A DNA stretch of 64,000 nucleotides from Acidimicrobiaceae bacterium (GCA_009835735.1 VXWX01000019.1:979-64978); one strand, 5' to 3'; numbered from the stretch's first letter, positions 1 through 9,030 are shown. Notes: generated from the sequence alone by a model not told the origin. Numbers and translations: made by a program.

Positions 1-432
1 GCCCGCAAGGAGGGTCGGGCCAGCTCCGGCAACGGGCGCCGCCAGAGCTACCAGCACCTGCCCATGGTCCGGATGACCAACACCTACATCGACAACGGCG
101 ACGCCGACCCCGACGACATCGTGGCCGACACCTCCCACGGCGTGTACGTGGCTCAGCTCGGCGGGGGTCAGGTCAACACCGCGACCGGCGATTTCGTGTT
201 CGGCATGACCGAGGCCTACCTGATCGAGAACGGCCGGATCACCGCCCCGATCCGCGAGGGCAACCTCATCGGCAACGGACCCGACGTGCTCACCCGCATA
301 GACGCCCTCGGCAACGACTTCGCCATGGGATCTCCAGGCACCTGCGGAAAGGACGGCCAGGGTGTGCCCGTCGGCGACGGCACGCCCACGCTGAGGGTGA
401 CCTCGCTCACCGTCGGCGGCACCGCCGCGTGA
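1..432 (+). CDS. tldD: TldD-family metalloprotease, C-terminal part (5' end lies outside the window)
   Basis: Frame 1 is open from base 1 to TGA at 430-432. The tail ...TGDFVFGMTEAYLIENGRITAPIREGNLIGNGPDVL...GTCGKDGQGVPVGDGTPTLRV looks like the conserved TldD/PmbA C-terminal domain. The stop overlaps the GTG of the next gene (GTGA at 429-432). Confidence 0.8.
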   Translation, partial: ARKEGRASSGNGRRQSYQHLPMVRMTNTYIDNGDADPDDIVADTSHGVYVAQLGGGQVNTATGDFVFGMTEAYLIENGRITAPIREGNLIGNGPDVLTRIDALGNDFAMGSPGTCGKDGQGVPVGDGTPTLRVTSLTVGGTAA

Positions 433-1775
433 GCCCGAGCCTGCTCGACATCGCAGAGCGGGTTGTCGGCTGGGCCGGCGACGACATCGATGTGGAGGCC
501 TTCGTAGCTCGCGACCACGAGACCGAGATAAGGGCCTACCAGGGAGAGGTGGAGTCGCTCACGGTGGCGTCGTCGGTGGGGATCGGCGTGCGCATCGTGC
601 GTGACGGCCGGCAGGGCTTCGCCTACGCCGCCGCTCTCGACGACGAGACGCTGCGGGAGACCTTCGACGAGGCGCTGGACAACTCCCGCTTTGGCAGCGT
701 CGACGAGTTCGCGGGGGTGGCCGAGCCCGACGGTGTGGAGCCCGCATCCCTGGACCTGTACCGGTCCGAATTGGTCGACTTCGGAACCGAGGACAAGGTC
801 GCTCTGGCGCTGGAGCTGGAGCGGGCCACCCTGGCCGCCGACCCCCGGGTGACCGGCGTGGAGTCGGCCGACTACGCCGACACGATCTTTGAGGCGGCGG
901 TGGCCACTTCGCGCGGCGTGGCCGCATCGGCTCGCGAGACCGGCTGCTATCTGGCCGCCTACAGCTTGGCGTCGGACGGCGACGAGACCCAGACGGGGTT
1001 CGGCTTCTCGGTCGGACGGCATCCGGGCGAGTTGTCGGCGGAGACGGCCGGTGGCGACGCGGCCGACCGGGCCACCCGCTTGCTGGGCGCGACCAAGGCT
1101 CCGACTCGCCGCTTGACCGTCGTGCTCGATCCCTACGTGACCGCCCGGTTCCTCGGCATCGTGGGCGCGACGTTGAGCGGCGACGCCGTGCTCAAGGGCC
1201 GATCGTTGTTCGCGGACCGCATGGACGAGGCGGTGGGAGCGTCGTCGCTCACCCTGGTCGACGACGCCACCGACCCGGAGGCCTTCACTGCCTCGGCCGT
1301 CGACGCCGAGGGGCTGGCCACCCGGCGCGTGCCGTTGATCAGCAACGGGGTGCTGCAAGCCTTCCTCTACGACACCTACACGGCCCGGCGGGCCGGCGTT
1401 TCGTCCACCGGCTCGGCGGTGAGGGGAGGGTTCAAGGGCACCCCCGGCGTCGGTGCTCACGCGCTGAGGCTCACGCCTGGAGCCCGCCCCCAAGCCGAGA
1501 TCGTGGCCGACATCGACGACGGACTGCTGGTGCAGGGTGTCACCGGCCTTCACAGCGGCGTGAACGCGGTGTCGGGCGACTTCTCGGTGGGAGCGGAGGG
1601 CCTGCGAATACGCGACGGCGAGACGGCCGAGCCGATCAGGGAGGTGACCATCGCCAGCACGATCCAGCGGCTGCTGATGGACGTGACCGAGGTGGGGTCG
1701 GACCTGGAGTGGCTCCCTATGAGCGCGGCCGGGGTGACCCTGGCCATCGCCGACGTGACCATGTCCGGCAGTTGA
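429..1775 (+). CDS. pmbA: PmbA/TldE-family metalloprotease partner
   Basis: 448-aa ORF translationally coupled to tldD. It has the PmbA_TldD-type C-terminus (GLHSGVNAVSGDFSVGAEGLRIRDGE...PIREVTIAS). The tldD-pmbA pairing is typical. Confidence 0.85.
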   Translation: MSPSLLDIAERVVGWAGDDIDVEAFVARDHETEIRAYQGEVESLTVASSVGIGVRIVRDGRQGFAYAAALDDETLRETFDEALDNSRFGSVDEFAGVAEPDGVEPASLDLYRSELVDFGTEDKVALALELERATLAADPRVTGVESADYADTIFEAAVATSRGVAASARETGCYLAAYSLASDGDETQTGFGFSVGRHPGELSAETAGGDAADRATRLLGATKAPTRRLTVVLDPYVTARFLGIVGATLSGDAVLKGRSLFADRMDEAVGASSLTLVDDATDPEAFTASAVDAEGLATRRVPLISNGVLQAFLYDTYTARRAGVSSTGSAVRGGFKGTPGVGAHALRLTPGARPQAEIVADIDDGLLVQGVTGLHSGVNAVSGDFSVGAEGLRIRDGETAEPIREVTIASTIQRLLMDVTEVGSDLEWLPMSAAGVTLAIADVTMSGS

Positions 1776-1818
1776 GATCTCGGCAGGTGGACGGGTCCAA
1801 CCTCTAGCCTCGACGGCG

Positions 1819-2631
1819 GTGCCGATCCTCCACGCCATCGTGCTGGGCATCGTGCAGGGGCTGTCGGAGTTCCTGCCGATCTCATCCAGCGGTCATCTGA
1901 TCCTGGTCCGCTGGCTCTTCGGCTGGGACGAGTTGTCCGGCGACGCGGCCACGGCCTTCGATGTGGCCGTCCATGTCGGCACCCTGGTCGGCGCGACCGT
2001 GTATCTGCGCCGTGACGTGGTCACCTACGCGGGTGCGGCTCTCGCGCCGATGCTCGGCCGCGGGCCGCTCGGACCGGACGGCCGCGTCGGCTGGTCGCTG
2101 GTGGTCTCGGCCGTGCCCGCCGGGATCGTGGGGGTCGCCTTGGGCGACGCCTTGCGGGGCTCGGACCGCATAGTTCTGGTGGCTCTGGCGCTGATCGTGT
2201 TCGGTCTGCTGCTGGGCGTCTCCGACCGGCTGGCCGAACGGCGCGACCAGTCCGACTTCGGCCCCCTGCACGCGGTGGTGATGGGCGTCGGCCAGGCCCT
2301 CGCCCTCCAGCCGGGGGTGTCGCGCTCGGGCGTGACCATGACGGTCGCACGGGGTCTCGGCTATGGCCGCGAGGCGGCGGTGCGCCTGGCCTTCCTGATG
2401 AGTCTGCCCGTGATCGCCGGCGCGGGCGTCTACGGCCTTGCCGGGCTGAGCATCCCGGCGTCGTTGTGGCCCGCGCTGGCCTGGGGCGCGGCGTCGTCGA
2501 TGGTCACCGGCTGGATCGCGGTGTGGGCCACCGTGCAGATCGTGACCCGGGTGAGCCTGCGGCCCTTCGTCGCCTATCGGGTCCTGGCAGGCTGCGCGGT
2601 GCTGGCTCTAGTCGCCACCGGATTGCGCTGA
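1819..2631 (+). CDS. uppP: Undecaprenyl-diphosphate phosphatase (BacA/UppP)
   Basis: GTG start. The N-terminus ILHAIVLGIVQGLSEFLPISSSGHLIL and the later PGVSRSGVTMT motif are UppP signatures. It is a polytopic membrane protein of 270 aa. Confidence 0.9.
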   Translation: MPILHAIVLGIVQGLSEFLPISSSGHLILVRWLFGWDELSGDAATAFDVAVHVGTLVGATVYLRRDVVTYAGAALAPMLGRGPLGPDGRVGWSLVVSAVPAGIVGVALGDALRGSDRIVLVALALIVFGLLLGVSDRLAERRDQSDFGPLHAVVMGVGQALALQPGVSRSGVTMTVARGLGYGREAAVRLAFLMSLPVIAGAGVYGLAGLSIPASLWPALAWGAASSMVTGWIAVWATVQIVTRVSLRPFVAYRVLAGCAVLALVATGLR

Positions 2632-3054
2632 CGGTACGAGCACCAGCATCACCCCTCCAGTCGCCAGCGCATCGACGGTCGCATCCACCTGTTCCTCGGG
2701 CACGGCCACCACGACTTCATCCTCACCGGCGTCGACGATCAGCGCGCCGCGCACGACTGCCGTGCCGTCGAGCACGGCGTGGACGTCCACCCAGTCGCGT
2801 GCTGCGAACACCGGGCTGTCCACGGGGACGGCAACGCCGCGGGTGCCCGGCGGGAGCAGGCCGGCCGGCCCGGGCGGTGCGATTTCGATGGGCGACGGCG
2901 CCGGGCCGGTTCGATCGTCGGTGAGGGCAATCAGCACGGCCAAGGCTGCACCGCCCGCGGCGATGAAGCGAACCCACCGATGGCGGTACAGCACCGACTG
3001 GATCCGTCCGACCGTGCTTCGGCCGTTACGAGCACTGGGTCTGGCAGGCGACAT
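2608..3054 (-). CDS. Membrane-anchored SAF/CpaB-like domain protein (hypothetical)
   Basis: The track ORF 2608..3435 has an Arg/Pro-rich N-terminal extension that looks unreal. The internal ATG at 3052-3054 gives MSPARPS..., then a TM helix (FIAAGGAALAVLIAL) and a small beta-rich domain (GTRGVAVPVDSP...WVDVHAV). In actinobacteria a gene of this type often sits beside the FmdB/Ruc-like gene. Confidence 0.5.
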   Translation of the reverse strand: MSPARPSARNGRSTVGRIQSVLYRHRWVRFIAAGGAALAVLIALTDDRTGPAPSPIEIAPPGPAGLLPPGTRGVAVPVDSPVFAARDWVDVHAVLDGTAVVRGALIVDAGEDEVVVAVPEEQVDATVDALATGGVMLVLVPSAQSGGD

Positions 3055-3142
3055 CCGGCCTCCTCGCTGCTGGCGGGCGCGCACGGCCCGCGGTCCGGGC
3101 GGCGTCGCGTTGGACGCGACGCCGGGCCGCAGTGGCGGCGAG

Positions 3143-3553
3143 TCAGCTAGTCGAGGAGGACGACGATGCGCCGGCGTCGGCCTTCGACGGGCTCGAATCC
3201 GACTTCGAAGCCGAATCGGACGACAACGAAGAGTCTTTCGAGTCCTTCGAGTCCTTCGACGCTGATGAGGAGCCGTTGGACGACGTCGAGGAGGCTTCCT
3301 TCTCCTTGCGCCGGCCCTTGGCGATGGAGCCGTGGTCGTTCTTGTAGAAGCCGTCGCCCTTGAACGCGATGGCCACTCCGCTGAACACCTTCTTGACGGG
3401 GCCCTGACCGGGCGAGACGCAGGAGGCCGGGCCACCCTCGGGCGGGCAGACCGTCAGCGTGTCGTCGCTGAACGACTGCCGTACCTCGAACTGCGTGGTG
3501 CAGCGCTCACAGCGGTAGTCGTACACCGGCACGACGGCGAAGGATAACGGCAC
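3143..3553 (-). CDS. FmdB-family zinc-ribbon protein with disordered Ser/Asp/Lys-rich tail (Ruc/Rv0991c-like)
   Basis: N-terminus (V)PVYDYRCERC...FEV...CP...C is the FmdB/CxxC zinc-ribbon pattern. An alternative GTG start lies at 3530-3532. The C-terminal ~55 aa are low complexity (SKDSKDSKDSSLSSDSASKSDSS...). Confidence 0.75.
   Translation of the reverse strand: MPLSFAVVPVYDYRCERCTTQFEVRQSFSDDTLTVCPPEGGPASCVSPGQGPVKKVFSGVAIAFKGDGFYKNDHGSIAKGRRKEKEASSTSSNGSSSASKDSKDSKDSSLSSDSASKSDSSPSKADAGASSSSSTS
3231..3257. repeat. Three tandem 9-nt units (gagtctttc gagtccttc gagtccttc) inside the zinc-ribbon protein tail
   Basis: Read directly from the sequence. It encodes KDS-KDS-KDS on the minus strand, and being in-frame it could slip in 9-nt steps. 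Confidence 0.8.
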
Positions 3554-3584
3554 CGCCCCGGCTCGGCACCGTACTATTCCGGGC

Positions 3585-4169
3585 GTGACGGTCTGGATGG
3601 GGGTGGCCTTTGTCGTCGCCTACGCGGCGGGCATGTTCCCCACCGCGGTGCTGGTCGGCAACAAGATCGGCCGCGACCCCACCAGCGAGGGCTCGGGCAA
3701 CCCGGGCGCCACCAACATCTACCGCCTGGGCGGCCGGCTCGCCGGCGTGGCCGTGGCTCTGGGCGACATGGCCAAGGGCGCTGCGCCGGTCGGAGCGGCC
3801 CTGCTGCTGTGGGACCGTCCCGAGGCGATGGCGGCATGGATCGGAGCGGTGGCCGGCCATGTGTGGCCGGCAATCAGGCGGTTCCGGGGCGGTAAGGGGA
3901 TGGCCACCGCGGGTGGTGGCGGAATCGTCCTCGACCCGATCATCGGCCTGATCTGCGTAGTTGTGTTCTTCGGCATGGTGCGGTTGACCCGGGTGGCCGC
4001 GCTGGGCTCGCTGAGCGTGGGTGTGACTTACCCGGTACTGGCGCTGGTGTTCGGATGGCCTGCTACCGAGGTGATCGTGGCCGCAGTGGTGATGGGGGTG
4101 ATGGCTATGCGCCACCACGGCAATATCGTGCGGCTGTTGCGCGGCACCGAAAGGAGACTGAAGAGTTGA
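3585..4169 (+). CDS. plsY: Glycerol-3-phosphate acyltransferase PlsY
   Basis: The GSGNPGATN motif, HVWPAIRRFRGGKG and a multi-TM profile are present. The start is GTG 3585 or ATG 3597. Confidence 0.9.
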   Translation: MTVWMGVAFVVAYAAGMFPTAVLVGNKIGRDPTSEGSGNPGATNIYRLGGRLAGVAVALGDMAKGAAPVGAALLLWDRPEAMAAWIGAVAGHVWPAIRRFRGGKGMATAGGGGIVLDPIIGLICVVVFFGMVRLTRVAALGSLSVGVTYPVLALVFGWPATEVIVAAVVMGVMAMRHHGNIVRLLRGTERRLKS

Positions 4170-5374
4170 TCCCGTTGCACGAGGCCCGGGCCCATGTGCT
4201 GGAGCGGGTCGAGGCCCTGCCCGCCCGCCGGTTCGATCTTGCCGAGGCGCTGGGCCTGGTGCTGGCCGAGCCCGTGTTCTCCTCCGAGCCGATTCCCGGC
4301 TTTGCCAACACTGCCATGGACGGGTACGCCGTTCAGGCGGACGACACCCGGGGCGCGCCCGTCGAGCTGGACGTGGTCGGCACCATCGGCGCCGGCGACG
4401 ACGGGTCCCTCCGTGTCGGCGCGGGCCAGGCGGCCCGCATCATGACCGGCGCGCCCATCCCCGACGGCGCCGACGCAGTAGTCAAGGTCGAGCTCACCCG
4501 CCGCATCGAGGGCTCCGAGGACCGGGTCCTGGTGGAGGCCAGGGTGAAGTCCGGCAACCATGTGCGCCGGCCGGGCGAGGACGTGGCCGCCGGCGAGCAG
4601 GTGCTGGAGCCGGGCACGGTGGTGACCCCGGGTCGGGTGGGCCTTCTGGCCGCGGTAGGCGCCTACGAGGTCTCGGCCCACGCCCGCCCCCGGGTGGGGG
4701 TTCTCTCGACCGGCGACGAACTCGCGGATGCGGCCGGGCCGCTGCGACGCGGCCAGATCCGCGACACCAACCGCCGCACGCTGCTGGGCCTGGTGGCCGA
4801 GGCCGGCTTCGAGGGAGTGGACCTGGGGATCGCCCGCGACGACCCCGCCGACATCGAGCGGCTGTTCCGCAGCGGCACCGCCCGCTGCGATGCGGTGCTG
4901 TCGTCGGGGGGCGTGTCCATGGGCGACTTCGACTACGTGAAGGTGGTGCTCGACCGCATCGGCGACATGAGGTGGATGCAGATCGCCATCAAGCCGGCCA
5001 AGCCGTTCGCCTTCGGAGTCGTCGACGGCGTCCCGGTGTTCGGCCTGCCCGGCAATCCGGTGTCGTCGATGGTGAGCTTCGAGCTGCTGGCCAAGCCCGG
5101 GCTGCGGGCCATGGCGGGCCACGGCCCCGACGATCTCGGGCCGGCGCTGGTGCGGGCGGTCAGCGAAGGCGACCTCGGCCATCGCAGCGACGGCAAGACC
5201 CACTATGTGAGGGTTGCCGCCCGGCGTGATGACCAGGGCGTGCTGCGGGTGAGGCGCTCGGGCGGGCAGGGTTCCCATCAGTTGGCGGCCATGACCCGGG
5301 CCGATGCCCTGGCCGTGGTGCCCGACGGCTCGCCGGCCGGCGAGGGCGACCCGGTCGATGTGATCGTGCTCTAA
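4166..5374 (+). CDS. moeA: Molybdopterin molybdenumtransferase MoeA
   Basis: MoeA-like body (FANTAMDGYAV, IMTGAPIPDGADAVV, LSTGDEL, SSGGVSMGDFD, GLPGNPVSS). The track start 4055 lies inside plsY. The in-frame TTG at 4166 overlaps the plsY stop and gives a normal N-terminus (LIPLHEARAHVL). Confidence 0.85.
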   Translation: MIPLHEARAHVLERVEALPARRFDLAEALGLVLAEPVFSSEPIPGFANTAMDGYAVQADDTRGAPVELDVVGTIGAGDDGSLRVGAGQAARIMTGAPIPDGADAVVKVELTRRIEGSEDRVLVEARVKSGNHVRRPGEDVAAGEQVLEPGTVVTPGRVGLLAAVGAYEVSAHARPRVGVLSTGDELADAAGPLRRGQIRDTNRRTLLGLVAEAGFEGVDLGIARDDPADIERLFRSGTARCDAVLSSGGVSMGDFDYVKVVLDRIGDMRWMQIAIKPAKPFAFGVVDGVPVFGLPGNPVSSMVSFELLAKPGLRAMAGHGPDDLGPALVRAVSEGDLGHRSDGKTHYVRVAARRDDQGVLRVRRSGGQGSHQLAAMTRADALAVVPDGSPAGEGDPVDVIVL

Positions 5375-5419
5375 GCCCGGGGTGATCGTGCGCTGAGCCC
5401 GGCGCTAGCCTGCGGGCTA

Positions 5420-6403
5420 ATGGCGGCCCAACTTGTCGACAGCTTCGGGAGAGTCCACCGGGACCTGCGGATCTCGGTCACCGACCGGTGCAACTTCCGA
5501 TGCACCTACTGCATGCCCGCTGAGGGACTGGAATGGGTGCCCCGCGACGACCTGCTGACCTTCGAGGAGATCGCCCGGGTGGCTCGCATCATGGTCGAGC
5601 GCTACGGCGTCAACGGCATCCGCCTCACGGGCGGCGAGCCCACCGTGAGGGCCAACCTCCCGGTGCTCGTCGGTCTGCTGGCCGAACTCGGTACCGACCT
5701 GGCCATGACCACAAACGGGGTGTCGCTGCCTCTGCTGGCCGGCGATCTGCGGGCGGCGGGCCTGCGCCGGGTGAACGTGTCGTTGGACTCGCTTCGGGCG
5801 TCCCGCTTCGCTGAGCTGACCCGGCGCGACAGCCTCGATCGGGTGCTCGACGGCATCGACGCGGCCATCGCCGCCGGGTTCGATCCGGTGAAGGTGAACT
5901 GCGTGGTCATGCGGGGCCTCAACGACGACGAGATCGCCGACTTCGTCGACTTCGGGCGGCGCAAGGGTGTCGAGGTCCGCTTCATCGAGTTCATGCCGCT
6001 GGACGCCGACGGCATCTGGACCAACGATCTGGTGGTTCCGGTGGACGAGATCCTGGCTCGGGTCAACGACGCCTGTCCGGTGGAGCCGGTCGAGCGCACG
6101 TCGGCCCCGGCCACCCGCTACCGCTTCGCCGACGGGTCGGGGTCGGTGGGAATCGTGGCGTCGGTCAGCGACTCGTTCTGCTCGACCTGCGATCGGGTGC
6201 GCCTCACCGCCGACGGGCAGTTCCGCAACTGCCTGTTCGCGGTGACCGAGACCGATGTGCGGGCCCTGCTGCGGTCGGGAGCGAGCGACGACGAGATCGG
6301 AGCCGCCCTGGAGGGTTCGGTGGCATCGAAGTGGGCCGGTCATCAGATCAACCGGGTCCACTTCATAAGGCCCAGCCGGTCGATGTCGCAGATCGGCGGC
6401 TAG
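5420..6403 (+). CDS. moaA: GTP 3',8-cyclase MoaA (radical SAM)
   Basis: The CNFRCTYCMP radical-SAM cluster motif, the C-terminal CSTCDRVRLTADGQFRNCLF second cluster and the GG tail are all present. Confidence 0.92.
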   Translation: MAAQLVDSFGRVHRDLRISVTDRCNFRCTYCMPAEGLEWVPRDDLLTFEEIARVARIMVERYGVNGIRLTGGEPTVRANLPVLVGLLAELGTDLAMTTNGVSLPLLAGDLRAAGLRRVNVSLDSLRASRFAELTRRDSLDRVLDGIDAAIAAGFDPVKVNCVVMRGLNDDEIADFVDFGRRKGVEVRFIEFMPLDADGIWTNDLVVPVDEILARVNDACPVEPVERTSAPATRYRFADGSGSVGIVASVSDSFCSTCDRVRLTADGQFRNCLFAVTETDVRALLRSGASDDEIGAALEGSVASKWAGHQINRVHFIRPSRSMSQIGG

Positions 6404-6418
6404 AGGCTGGGCGGCTGA

Positions 6419-6895
6419 GTGATGGGCTTCACCCATCTCGATCCGCAGGGCCGGGCTCGAATGGTGGACGTGTCGACGAAGGAGCCGACCCATCGCCGGG
6501 CCGTGGCCCGTGGCCGGGTGCGCATGGAGCCCGAGGTGGCCGCGGCGTTGCGGGCCGGAGAGATCGGCAAGGGCGATGTGCTGGCCGTGGCCCGGGTGGC
6601 CGGTATCCAGGCTGCCAAGCGAACCTCGGAGCTCGTCCCCTTGTGCCACGGCCTGTCGGTGAGTTCGGTCGCGGTGGACTTCGAGGTGGGCGACGACTCG
6701 GTGGGGATCGAGGCGCAGGTGGAGACGGTCGACCGGACCGGCGTGGAGATGGAGGCGCTGACCGCGTGCAGCGTGGCCGCACTGACTATCTACGACATGT
6801 GCAAGTCGATGGACCGATCGATGACGATCAGCGACATCGCCCTGTGGGAGAAATCCGGCGGCCGGTCCGGAACCTACCGGCGCGAGGACTCCTGA
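6419..6895 (+). CDS. moaC: Cyclic pyranopterin monophosphate synthase MoaC
   Basis: The motifs LTHLD..G.ARMVDVS.K, LVPLCH and TGVEMEALTA are MoaC hallmarks. The protein is 158 aa. Confidence 0.92.
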   Translation: MMGFTHLDPQGRARMVDVSTKEPTHRRAVARGRVRMEPEVAAALRAGEIGKGDVLAVARVAGIQAAKRTSELVPLCHGLSVSSVAVDFEVGDDSVGIEAQVETVDRTGVEMEALTACSVAALTIYDMCKSMDRSMTISDIALWEKSGGRSGTYRREDS

Positions 6896-7053
6896 ACCTT
6901 TCCGTTAGACATCCACCACTTGGCTTGTCATCGGTGCCATCCTTGTTGGGCCGTCGTCTGCATGTACGGGTCATCGAAGCGGCGTGTGGCGTGCCACCGG
7001 CGCACCAGTAGCGGCGGTGACTCGATTCGTGCTTACGAGGAGGACAGCAACCC

Positions 7054-7536
7054 GTGACTCTGATCGTATTGACGGTATTGGCCACGGCCTGGCTGGGCTA
7101 TTTCGCGCTGTGGTTCCGGGACAAGCGGGCCTCCCGGTCGCCGCGCGGCGATGATCTGGACGGCTTCACCCCGTCCTTCGGTGCCCTGGCCGGCGGGGCA
7201 GTCTCGATAAGGAGCCTCGAGGCTGGTTCACGATCACGGGGGGACCTGTGGGATTTGCCCCGGACCCCGGAGCAGGCCCATCGCCGGCGCCGGCACGTGG
7301 CCACGATGCTCGGCGGGCTGGCCCTCGCTTCCCTGATGGCCGTTCCGGTATTCGGGGCGACTGCGCTGGTCGTTCACGTGGTGGTCGACGTGGTACTGCT
7401 GCTGTTCGCCTTCGGCTCGACCCACCGCCAGCAGCCGCCGGCCATCAACCTGGCCGATGTTCGGGTGCTCTATCCCGACCGGCCCGCTCCGGGCGATGCG
7501 GTGGCCACGCCTCTTGGGCAGGTCGCCAACGGCTGA
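7054..7536 (+). CDS. Hypothetical membrane protein
   Basis: GTG start preceded by aggagga. There is an N-terminal TM helix and two central TM helices. I recognise no family. Confidence 0.5.
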   Translation: MTLIVLTVLATAWLGYFALWFRDKRASRSPRGDDLDGFTPSFGALAGGAVSIRSLEAGSRSRGDLWDLPRTPEQAHRRRRHVATMLGGLALASLMAVPVFGATALVVHVVVDVVLLLFAFGSTHRQQPPAINLADVRVLYPDRPAPGDAVATPLGQVANG

Positions 7537-7618
7537 CACGTCTGCAGGCGAGGCCCGGTGTGGTGGCCTCTCAGGGACGCGTCGAACCCTGAGTCGCGCC
7601 GATAAACTCGCCGGCCGC

Positions 7619-7694
7619 GGGGGTGTAGCTCAGTTGGCTAGAGCGCCTCGGTCGCATCGAGGAGGCCAGGGGTTCGAATCCCCTCACCTCCACC
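7619..7694 (+). tRNA. tRNA-Ala (anticodon CGC)
   Basis: A cloverleaf was folded by eye. The acceptor stem is GGGGGTG/CACCTCC with the alanine identity pair G3:U70. The anticodon stem CCTCG/CGAGG has loop gT-CGC-at, and the T arm is AGGGG-TTCGAAT-CCCCT. Confidence 0.9.
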
Positions 7695-7711
7695 GCAGAA
7701 GCCGCCGCCGG

Positions 7712-8203
7712 TCAGGATCTGGCGCCCGCGGCGACGAGATCGGCGACGCTGCGCACCAGAGCGGTGTGCAGGGCGAGGAGGGTCTCTGTCCGGCGAACCT
7801 CGTCGATGGCGGCGATCCGCTGGAGGATCTCGTGGAGCTCGTCGTTGGTAGCTGCGACGATCTTCACGAGTAGGTCGCCGCGCCCGGTCACCGTGTGTAT
7901 CTCGAGGATCTCATCGATCTTGGACAGCGCCCGCACGGTGGTCTCGTGCGCTCCCTGGGCGATGGTGAGCGTCGTGAAGGCGCAGACGCCGAACCCGGCC
8001 GAGCGAGGTTCGATGTCGGGTCCGTAGCCCACAATCACTCGCCTGGCCTCAAGACGCCGGAGGCGATCGTGCACCGTCCCCCTGGCGAGACCCGTCAGCC
8101 GGGCCATCTCCGACACGCTGCTGCGGGGTTTCCGGCGGAGCACGTCGACGAGCCGGCGATCGATGCCGTCCAACGGGATGTGCATTCTGTATCCGTCGGG
8201 CAT
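7712..8203 (-). CDS. Lrp/AsnC-family transcriptional regulator
   Basis: N-terminal HTH (LDGIDRRLVDVLRRKPRSSVSEMARLTGLARGTVHDRLRRLE) followed by a RAM/AsnC_trans_reg domain. It is divergent from the VOC gene. Confidence 0.85.
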   Translation of the reverse strand: MPDGYRMHIPLDGIDRRLVDVLRRKPRSSVSEMARLTGLARGTVHDRLRRLEARRVIVGYGPDIEPRSAGFGVCAFTTLTIAQGAHETTVRALSKIDEILEIHTVTGRGDLLVKIVAATNDELHEILQRIAAIDEVRRTETLLALHTALVRSVADLVAAGARS

Positions 8204-8347
8204 GCCCTCAGCCTCCGGTGCCGTCAGTCTAGTTGCTAATCTGACAAATATTGATCAGTTTGCTTATTCTACTTGAAGATAGGCGCTCAGTCTGATTGTC
8301 TGCGTTCCCATCCGTCGATCAGATCGGGAGCACTGGGAGCGAACGCC
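8204..8347. promoter_or_regulatory. AT-rich divergent control region between the AsnC regulator and the VOC gene, with two copies of TCAGTCT(A/G)(G/A)TTG
   Basis: This is locally the most AT-rich stretch of the left half (ctaatctgacaaatattgatcagtttgcttattctacttgaagat). The motif copies sit at 8224-8236 and 8287-8299, 63 bp apart. The function is inferred only. Confidence 0.3.
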
Positions 8348-8977
8348 ATGACACACCTAAAGAAGGTCGATCACATCACTTACGCCTGCGAGAAGGGCTC
8401 CATCGAGCGATGGGCCTGGTTCCACATCGAAGTGGAGGGCGGAACGCTCATCAACCGGATCGACGACGTGCGTCCGGACGATCCCGATTCGAGCATGAAG
8501 CTCTGGTGCATCGACTTCGGAGACTTCGGGGTAGCGCTGATCGAGGGCATCGATCGGGCCGAGTGTTCGCAGGTATCCAAGTTCGTGGAGCGACACGGCG
8601 ACCACTCATGCCAGCACGTCGCCTACGAGACCCATAACCTCGACACCTTCACTGCGCATGTGCAGCAGATGGGGGGATCGGTGCGCGGCCCCAAGCTGGT
8701 GCGCCACGACGGGTTCGGCGTGCTCCAGCAGCTCTTCGCCCGCGGCTACACCGAAGGCGAGGCGGACGAGGTGCCGTTCCCGGAGTACGTGCAGCGCCCC
8801 GAGGCCGGAACAGGCGACGAGGTGGCAATAACCTTCGCCGCCGAGACCGGGCAGGGGTTCTACGCGCAGATCGCCGACGCGGTGGCGGCGGATGACCATG
8901 AGCCGTTCTTCGACTTCTCCGCCATGCCGAAGGACTGGGCTGTCCCCGAGGCCGCGCCCCGAGCGGCCGCGGCCTGA
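8348..8977 (+). CDS. VOC (glyoxalase/dioxygenase) superfamily protein
   Basis: The start is taken at ATG 8348 (MTHLKKVDHITYAC...). It has VOC-like beta-alpha-beta modules with His/Glu ligand candidates (HITY, HVAYET, E..). The track start 8273 is a TTG in the AT-rich region. Confidence 0.65.
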   Translation: MTHLKKVDHITYACEKGSIERWAWFHIEVEGGTLINRIDDVRPDDPDSSMKLWCIDFGDFGVALIEGIDRAECSQVSKFVERHGDHSCQHVAYETHNLDTFTAHVQQMGGSVRGPKLVRHDGFGVLQQLFARGYTEGEADEVPFPEYVQRPEAGTGDEVAITFAAETGQGFYAQIADAVAADDHEPFFDFSAMPKDWAVPEAAPRAAAA

Positions 8978-9030
8978 GGCTCAGGCGCGCAACAGGACGC
9001 GCCGAGAGGTTTCCGCGAAGGACCGGCTGC

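Noticed and set aside
216-1850. Very long ORFs antisense to, or out of frame with, recognisable genes. Examples: 216..1850(-), 4028..5278(-), 5417..6649(-), 11156..12412(-), 13754..14833(-), 16009..16977(-), 16221..17183(+), 17205..18467(-), 17516..18610(+), 19923..21101(+), 22658..23698(-), 23889..25889(-), 24773..26794(-), 26760..28478(-), 28172..29419(-), 54418..55740(-), 56639..57865(-).
   Set aside because: Each overlaps a gene with clear family motifs on the other strand or frame. Their translations are Arg/Pro/Gly/Ala-rich with no motifs. This is the expected stop-codon paucity of ~70% G+C DNA.
3132-3347. Acidic plus-strand ORF (…DDDAPASAFDGLESDFEAESDDNEESFESFESFDADEE…) that looks like a repeat protein.
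   Set aside because: It is the mirror image of the Ser/Asp/Lys tail of the zinc-ribbon gene on the minus strand. The zinc-ribbon frame has the recognisable domain and start context.
8984-9003. GGCGCG-8 nt-CGCGCC hairpin between the convergent VOC and AraC genes, as a possible terminator.
   Set aside because: The stem is only 6 bp with no U-tract, which is indistinguishable from chance in GC-rich DNA. It is not listed as a feature.
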